Shown one piece after another: positions 58,468 to 64,000 of a stretch of DNA of 64,000 nt. The notes under the pieces are model-generated. The model was not told the origin of the DNA. It searched no databases and saw nothing but the letters and a program-made list of their open reading frames with translations. Source of the stretch: an uncultured Alphaproteobacteria bacterium (GTDB lineage Bacteria > Pseudomonadota > Alphaproteobacteria > RF32 > CAG-239); the NCBI GenBank assembly GCA_944391515.1, contig CALXTW010000006.1, positions 4,978 to 68,977 on the forward strand. Direction: 5' to 3'. Positions within the stretch are counted from its first letter, which is position 1. Every line of letters begins with the position of its first letter. Both the position numbers and the translations under genes were made by a program.

Positions 58468-58500
58468 AAAAAAATCCCCGAGCAATCGGGGATTTTTTTT
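58468..58500. terminator. Bidirectional terminator
   Basis: A7-tccccga-gcaa-tcgggga-T8. Confidence 0.9.
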
Positions 58501-59601
58501 CTATTCTTCTTCGCCGCCTTTATATTTGCGGATAAATCTTTGATTTTTGCCCAAGCGCGAGAGAATTTCATAACTGATTGTGCCGGAGTCTCGTCCCATA
58601 TCATCAAGTGTATAGAAATCAGCAACAATATGCGCCATATCTCCGACTTGCAGGTTTTGAATGTCGGTTACATCGCAAATAATATTATCCATCGAGATAC
58701 GCCCTAAAATGCGAGCCTCATGGAGCTTATCACACAAGTTAAAAAAGATTTTGCCGACATTGGAAAGCGCTCGAGGCACCCCATCACCATAGCCGATTGA
58801 AACAATGGCGATTTTGCGGTTTGATGTCGCACGATAAGTTGCCGAATAACCGACAAACTCTCCCTTGGGCAAATCAGCAATTTGCAAAACCGGCGCTTTA
58901 ACGGTAACCACGTTTTTCATCTGATTTTCACGATAAGGTGCGGTGTTAATACCATACATGGCAGCACCCAAACGCACCATATCAAACAAATAATCCTCGC
59001 CCAAAAAAGTTCCGTCCGAGGCCGATAAGCTGGCCGGCAGTTTGGGAAAATAGGTATCACATAAGAAGTTAAACATATCGAGCTGATGCTGGTTCATAAA
59101 GTGCTCCTTAGCATCACCGCATGCCAAATGTGACATCACATAAGAAAATTCTTTTCTATCGCTCTCTTCTAGTTCCGAGAGTTCATATTCTCTAAACCCC
59201 AAACGGTTTAGCCCTGTTTCAACATTTACAATCGGTTTAATTCCGGCAATTTTATGCTCTTTCCAAAAAGTAAGTTGTTCTTTGGAGCTGATAACCGGAA
59301 CAAGTTGCGCCTCGTTAAATTCGGCTAAAGAATCTTCACCGATTCCTTGTAATACATAAATAAAGGCATCAGGTGCCACTTCACGTACTTCTTTGCCCTC
59401 AACCCCGTGTGCCACAAAAAAATGCCGACATTTTGCTTTGTTATAGAGAAGCTTTGCAATCTTTTTTGCCCCCAAGCCATAGGCATCGTCTTTCACCACT
59501 GCAGCGGCAATAGCTTTGCCGGAAATTTTTTTCAAAGTGAGGTAGTTGTCCAATAAATTATCAAGATTTATTTCTAAAATTGGTCTTGTCAAAATACTCA
59601 T
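58501..59601 (-). CDS. alr: Alanine racemase
   Basis: VVK.DAYGLG (PLP Lys), TGLNRLG, MSHLAC, VGYSATY, GYGDG, GRISMD, SYEIL. Confidence 0.92.
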   Translation of the reverse strand: MSILTRPILEINLDNLLDNYLTLKKISGKAIAAAVVKDDAYGLGAKKIAKLLYNKAKCRHFFVAHGVEGKEVREVAPDAFIYVLQGIGEDSLAEFNEAQLVPVISSKEQLTFWKEHKIAGIKPIVNVETGLNRLGFREYELSELEESDRKEFSYVMSHLACGDAKEHFMNQHQLDMFNFLCDTYFPKLPASLSASDGTFLGEDYLFDMVRLGAAMYGINTAPYRENQMKNVVTVKAPVLQIADLPKGEFVGYSATYRATSNRKIAIVSIGYGDGVPRALSNVGKIFFNLCDKLHEARILGRISMDNIICDVTDIQNLQVGDMAHIVADFYTLDDMGRDSGTISYEILSRLGKNQRFIRKYKGGEEE

Positions 59602-59640
59602 ATCTTCTTATTATCCTATATAATTTTTAAGGAAATTTAT

Positions 59641-60384
59641 ATGCAGTTTATCGACACTCATCTTCATTTGCAAGACTATAAGACCGGATTTGCAACGGAT
59701 ATTCTCAATTCTGCCTCCAGCCAAGGGGTAGAGAAGGTTGTCTGTGTCTCAAGCCTTATGGAAGATTGGGATAAAGTTGCCCATTTTGCCAGAACTTATG
59801 CCTCAAGCGTTGTTCCGGCATTTGGTCTGCACCCGTGGTATGTGAGACAAGCCAAGCCCGATTGGCAACAAAGGTTGCGTGAGTTTTTAATCCGTTTTCC
59901 GCAAGCCCTAATTGGTGAGTGTGGGCTAGATAGAATAAAAAATCCCGATGATGAACCGCAAAATTCAGTGTTTTACGGGCAGATTATGTTGGCCAACGAG
60001 CTTAACCGCCCACTGATTATTCATGCTGTCAAAGCCCAAGATTGGCTGGAAAATTATTGGGATATGTTACCACCAAAATTTGTGTTTCATTCTTATAACG
60101 GCAAACGTGAGGTCTTGAAAAAAATTATTTCCCACGGGGGCTATGTTTCTTTTTGTGCCTCAATCTTGCGCAATGCCGATAAGGAAGAATTGGTCAATAT
60201 GGTGCCTTTAGATAAAATTTTGCTTGAAACCGACGGCCCTTACCAAGGACCTGATAAAAATTCCGAAGTCACACCTGCCTATCTTCCTACGTTGGCTGCC
60301 GAAATTGCTGCCCTGCGCCATGAAAATTTAGAAGATTTTGCCATGCGCGTTTATCACAATGCAAAGGAGTTTATCCATGTCTAA
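59641..60384 (+). CDS. tatD: TatD-family hydrolase
   Basis: IDTHLHL, GLHPW, IGECGLD, IIH, FHSY, LLETDGPY. Confidence 0.92.
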   Translation: MQFIDTHLHLQDYKTGFATDILNSASSQGVEKVVCVSSLMEDWDKVAHFARTYASSVVPAFGLHPWYVRQAKPDWQQRLREFLIRFPQALIGECGLDRIKNPDDEPQNSVFYGQIMLANELNRPLIIHAVKAQDWLENYWDMLPPKFVFHSYNGKREVLKKIISHGGYVSFCASILRNADKEELVNMVPLDKILLETDGPYQGPDKNSEVTPAYLPTLAAEIAALRHENLEDFAMRVYHNAKEFIHV

Positions 60385-61105
60385 TCCACGCCTGATGCGT
60401 ACTGAACTCTTACTTGGAAGCAAAGGAATCTCAGCTCTCCAAAATTCAACCGTAATGATAATTGGTTTAGGAGCTGTCGGCGGCTATGCCTTAGAGGCGA
60501 TTGCCCGTTCGGGTGTAGGCAAACTCATCTTGGTTGATTTTGACAGTTTTGATGAAACCAATGTCAATCGCCAAATTTTAGCCTTAAGTTCCACCATTGG
60601 GCAAAAAAAGACTTCCGCTGCCGCCGCACGGGTTCAAGAGATAAATCCTGATTGTAAAGTCATCATCAAGGATATGTATGTCGATGAGCAGAATTTGCCG
60701 GAACTTATGGCCTTAAAACCTGATTTTGTGGTCGATGCCATAGATTCGCTTTCCTCAAAAGCCAGTTTGATTGCCTATTTGACCACGCATCATATTGAGT
60801 TTATCTCTTCCATGGGTGCAGCGCTTAAAACTGACCCGTCTTGCATCAAGACCGCACACTTAAATCAAACCAAAAATTGTTCTCTTGCACGGGCTTTACG
60901 CCAAAAGTTAAAGCAGCAAGGGGTAGATTTAAAAGAGGTTCACTGCGTTTATTCGGATGAAAACGTGGATTTGCCGCCTTCGGCAATCATAATGCCTCAA
61001 GAAAGAGGACAAAACAAAATTTTGGGCTCTCTTCCAACCATTACAGCCATCTTTGGTTTAACGATAGCTAATTATGTCATTAAGCACTTAAGTAAAACCG
61101 CATAA
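60377..61105 (+). CDS. tcdA: tRNA threonylcarbamoyladenosine dehydratase (TcdA/CsdL)
   Basis: GLGAVG, DFD....TNVNRQ, VVDAIDS, SSMGAA...DP, VYSDE; start at ATG 60377. Confidence 0.88.
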   Translation: MSNPRLMRTELLLGSKGISALQNSTVMIIGLGAVGGYALEAIARSGVGKLILVDFDSFDETNVNRQILALSSTIGQKKTSAAAARVQEINPDCKVIIKDMYVDEQNLPELMALKPDFVVDAIDSLSSKASLIAYLTTHHIEFISSMGAALKTDPSCIKTAHLNQTKNCSLARALRQKLKQQGVDLKEVHCVYSDENVDLPPSAIIMPQERGQNKILGSLPTITAIFGLTIANYVIKHLSKTA

Positions 61106-61130
61106 TTTAATTTCAAATAGATATTGACTC

Positions 61131-61183
61131 TTTTATTAGTAGTTATAAGTTATCACGCAGATTTTTATTAGTATAACTTATAA
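61131..61183. promoter_or_regulatory. Inverted + direct repeat operator-like region upstream of hydG
   Basis: TTATAAGTTAT (61143) N19 ATAACTTATAA (61173); TTTTATTAGTA at 61131 and 61163. Confidence 0.6.
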
Positions 61184-61195
61184 TTATTTAACATT

Positions 61196-62617
61196 ATGAA
61201 ATTACCGAAAATTGATGTTTCAGGATTAAAAAGTTTTATTCCTGAGCAAGAGATTAACGCTCTTTTAGAGCAAACATCGGAAGACAAGTCCCAAATTCGT
61301 GAGATTATTGCCAAATCGTTATCCAAACAGCGCCTCGAGCCTAAAGAAATGGCTCTGTTGCTCAATGTCCGCACGCCCGAACTGCGAGCCGAAATCAAAG
61401 CCGGTGCCAAGGAGTTGAAAAAACTCATCTACGGCAATCGCATAGTACTTTTTGCCCCATTGTATGTCGGCAATTTATGTATCAACGATTGTTCTTATTG
61501 CGGTTTCAGACGGTCAAACACTGCACAGGTGCGTAAAACCCTGTCTTTGCAGGAGCTTGAGCAAGAGGTCCGAATTTTGGAAAACCACGGCCACAAAAGG
61601 TTGATAATGGTTTACGGTGAACACCCGCTTTATACGCCGGAATTCATAGCCGAAACGGTCAAAAAAGTCTATGCCACCAAAGAGGGCAAAGGCGAAATTC
61701 GTCGGGTAAATATCAATGCTGCCCCCTTGGATGTTGAAGGATTTAGAACGGTGAAAGCCGCAGGTATCGGAACCTACCAAATTTTTCAGGAAACCTACCA
61801 TGAGCCCACTTACAAATCCGTTCATCCCTCAGGCTTGAAAGCCAATTATCTTTGGCGTTTGTATGCTTTTGACAGAGCATTCGAAGCAGGTATTGATGAT
61901 GTCGGTATGGGTGCGCTCATCGGACTTTATGACTACCGTTATGAGGCTCTGTCCATGCTCTATCACACCATCCATCTGGAAGAAAAGTTTGGTGTTGGAC
62001 CACACACCATTTCGTTTCCGCGAATTGAGCCGGCAATCGGTACGGACTATGCCAATCACCCGCCTTATGCGCCGAGTGATGAGGACTTTATGCACATGAT
62101 TGCCTGCATTCGGTTGAGTATTCCTTACACGGGAATGATACTAACCGCACGTGAACCGGTTGCTTTGCGCAACGAAGCTATCAGCTACGGTGTGAGCCAA
62201 ATAGATGCCGGTTCAGATATCGGTGTTGGAGCTTATGCCTTGCATAATGCGGCAGATTCGGCCGCAAAAAGCCAATTTGTGTTAAGCGACAACCGCAGTC
62301 TTGATAGCGTTATCGGAGAATTGTGTGCGGCCGGATTTTTGCCTTCTTTCTGCACGGGGTGCTATCGTTTGGGACGAACTGGAGAACATTTTATGGAATT
62401 TGCCATCCCGGGTTTTGTAAAGCGTTTTTGCACACCTAACGCCATTTTGACCTTGAGTGAATATGTGCAAGATTATGCCTCGGTCGATACCAAGCAAAAA
62501 GCCCTTCAGGCAATCAAGCGTGAACTTGAGCAAATGCCTGAAAGCAATCCCTTAAAAGAGAAATTATTGCAAAAGCTTTCATCGGTTCAAAAAGGCGAGC
62601 GTGACTTGTTCTTCTAA
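61196..62617 (+). CDS. hydG: [FeFe]-hydrogenase H-cluster maturase HydG
   Basis: Radical SAM CINDCSYC, YQIFQETYH, HTISFPR, and C-terminal CX2CX22C (CTGC...RFC), which separates HydG from ThiH. Confidence 0.93.
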   Translation: MKLPKIDVSGLKSFIPEQEINALLEQTSEDKSQIREIIAKSLSKQRLEPKEMALLLNVRTPELRAEIKAGAKELKKLIYGNRIVLFAPLYVGNLCINDCSYCGFRRSNTAQVRKTLSLQELEQEVRILENHGHKRLIMVYGEHPLYTPEFIAETVKKVYATKEGKGEIRRVNINAAPLDVEGFRTVKAAGIGTYQIFQETYHEPTYKSVHPSGLKANYLWRLYAFDRAFEAGIDDVGMGALIGLYDYRYEALSMLYHTIHLEEKFGVGPHTISFPRIEPAIGTDYANHPPYAPSDEDFMHMIACIRLSIPYTGMILTAREPVALRNEAISYGVSQIDAGSDIGVGAYALHNAADSAAKSQFVLSDNRSLDSVIGELCAAGFLPSFCTGCYRLGRTGEHFMEFAIPGFVKRFCTPNAILTLSEYVQDYASVDTKQKALQAIKRELEQMPESNPLKEKLLQKLSSVQKGERDLFF

Positions 62618-62632
62618 AAACATCATTCAAAG

Positions 62633-62668
62633 AAAAGGCGAAAGTAATAAACTTTCGTCTTTTTTTTT
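62633..62668 (+). terminator. hydG terminator
   Basis: aaaaggcgaaag-loop-ctttcgtc followed by a T run. Confidence 0.85.
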
Positions 62669-62762
62669 GAAAAAAGCATTGTTTTGCTAGCAAATTTTTA
62701 ATAACTTAAGGCTAAAATAACTTCAAATAAAATCGCCAGATGAATAAAAGGCAGAAGCAACT

Positions 62763-63632
62763 ATGATAAAAATGATAAAACCGATAGTAAATGTTTCTAA
62801 AGTAATAGACCCTTATAATGCCGTCATAGTAGGGTTTAATGGTGTTTTGAGTGATGGTGCCGGTGTCAAGAAAGAAGCCATTGATGCTCTTATCGGAATG
62901 AAAAGAGCCGGAAAACACATTGTATTGCTTTCCAATACATCTTTAAGAGTTTCTTCCTTGGTTAAGTATTTGCATGCCAATAAAGTTCCGGTTGCAGTAT
63001 TTGATGCGATTGTGACAGCCGGAGAAATTTTGCACTATAAATTCAAATCCCGTCAAGGCGAATTTGCCGCTCTCGGAACAACTTATTACCTTTTGGGCGA
63101 CCAATCCGATAAAGGTGTTTTTTCGGGACTTGATTATTTTCAAACCGACAATATTGCCAAGGCAGAGTTTTTGTATATGAATTCGGTTGCCAAAAATACG
63201 GATACGATTGACAGCTATCTCCCTTCTTTGGAGCATGCTGCAAGCTTAGGCATTCCGTTTGTTTGCGCCGGTAATGATACTTCAAGTTACAAGGATGGAG
63301 AGATAAGCCTTGCCCCCGGTGCCATAGCCGAACAATATGCTGTTTTGGGCGGAAAAATCATTACCTTGGGCAAGCCTGACGCCAAAATTTTAGCTTATGG
63401 TTTAGATGGTATCCCTGATGTCAAAAAAGAAACGGTTATAGTCATCGGTGATAATATTACCACCGACATCAAAGGAGCTAATTTGCTAGGTGTCGCTTCA
63501 GTCTTGGTATCTAAGGGGGTACACGTAAATTTCTTAGGCGAGGGCTATATTCCCGATGTTGCCAAAACGCGTGAACTCGCCACCAATTTTGATGCCTATC
63601 CTGATTTTGTAATCTCCAATTTGCGGTGGTAA
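62763..63632 (+). CDS. HAD-IIA (TIGR01459-like) homologue lacking the nucleophile Asp
   Basis: Motif I reads VGFNGV..DG; LSNT, GKP and IGDNITTDIKGA retained. Confidence 0.8.
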   Translation: MIKMIKPIVNVSKVIDPYNAVIVGFNGVLSDGAGVKKEAIDALIGMKRAGKHIVLLSNTSLRVSSLVKYLHANKVPVAVFDAIVTAGEILHYKFKSRQGEFAALGTTYYLLGDQSDKGVFSGLDYFQTDNIAKAEFLYMNSVAKNTDTIDSYLPSLEHAASLGIPFVCAGNDTSSYKDGEISLAPGAIAEQYAVLGGKIITLGKPDAKILAYGLDGIPDVKKETVIVIGDNITTDIKGANLLGVASVLVSKGVHVNFLGEGYIPDVAKTRELATNFDAYPDFVISNLRW

Positions 63633-63633
63633 A

Positions 63634-64000
63634 ATGCCAAAGACCAAAAAACGGATAAGCTTTACAAAAATAATCATTGTATTTTTGCTCTTATGGGGTG
63701 GTGTAAAGGTATATAATTATTATGAAGCCCAAAATGCCATAAATTATGCGCTTATCCCCAATCCCACGTCAAAAGAAATCAGTGAGCAAGAGCTAATGGC
63801 TTTTTTGCCGGTTTGGTCAGATTATATGCAACAAAATATCAGCGAACTGGGAAAACGTCCGGTTTCTTTAGCCTCGGGTGCCCCCGAAGATAATCTATCT
63901 GATGAGGCCAAAGAGTGGTTACTGCGCCGCCTCTGGTATCCTAAGCGCTTCTTTTATGTTGAGCAACGCTTGCGCTCAATTCTAAAAACGATTGACCAAC
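63634..64000 (+). CDS. Hypothetical membrane-anchored protein (3' end outside window)
   Basis: Not in track: MPKTKKRISFTKIIIVFLLLWGGVKVY..., open to the window end. Confidence 0.75.
   Translation, partial: MPKTKKRISFTKIIIVFLLLWGGVKVYNYYEAQNAINYALIPNPTSKEISEQELMAFLPVWSDYMQQNISELGKRPVSLASGAPEDNLSDEAKEWLLRRLWYPKRFFYVEQRLRSILKTIDQ

Noticed and set aside
22418-58500. Similar CCCCG..GGGG hairpins at 22418, 50777 and 58474 as a REP/MITE family
   Set aside because: Loops and flanks differ; ordinary intrinsic terminators.
61196-62617. ThiH (thiamine biosynthesis) call for the radical SAM gene
   Set aside because: Length and the C-terminal CX2CX22C motif indicate HydG; no thi genes adjacent.

Overview
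Chromosomal window from a low-GC bacterium. The yfgM-bamB-der order, divergent anmK/tyrS and alpha-type fba/HAD-IIA suggest an alphaproteobacterium; hydG, a class II aldolase and an LDH-family enzyme suggest an anaerobic, probably host-associated lineage (RF32/Rhodospirillales-like; inference). Housekeeping genes: der, bamB, yfgM, rlmD, tkt, phoB, rpe, fba, tgt, ldh-like, lemA, spmAB, msbA-like, dtd, tyrS, anmK, ileS type 2, alr, tatD, tcdA, hydG, plus a partial Bat/vWA operon. Interleaved lineage-specific material: (1) two loci pairing a secreted Cys-rich repeat protein with a DUF1566/C-type-lectin-like protein, linked by a shared Cys module; (2) a 10-kb cluster of four signal-peptide-less proteins, two being paralogues with four Gly/Ala-rich hydrophobic helices and Pro-rich repeats (effector/pore-former-like); (3) a 15-codon leader ORF with 7 Ile codons upstream of ileS, followed by a G-free C-containing tract (candidate attenuator); (4) a candidate structured sRNA beside two unrelated lipoprotein genes with near-identical 5' ends; (5) intact enzyme homologues with altered active sites (AnmK, HAD-IIA, LDH loop). 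I found no rRNA, tRNA, CRISPR array, transposase, integrase or reverse transcriptase by eye. All calls rest on recognised motifs; no searches were run.
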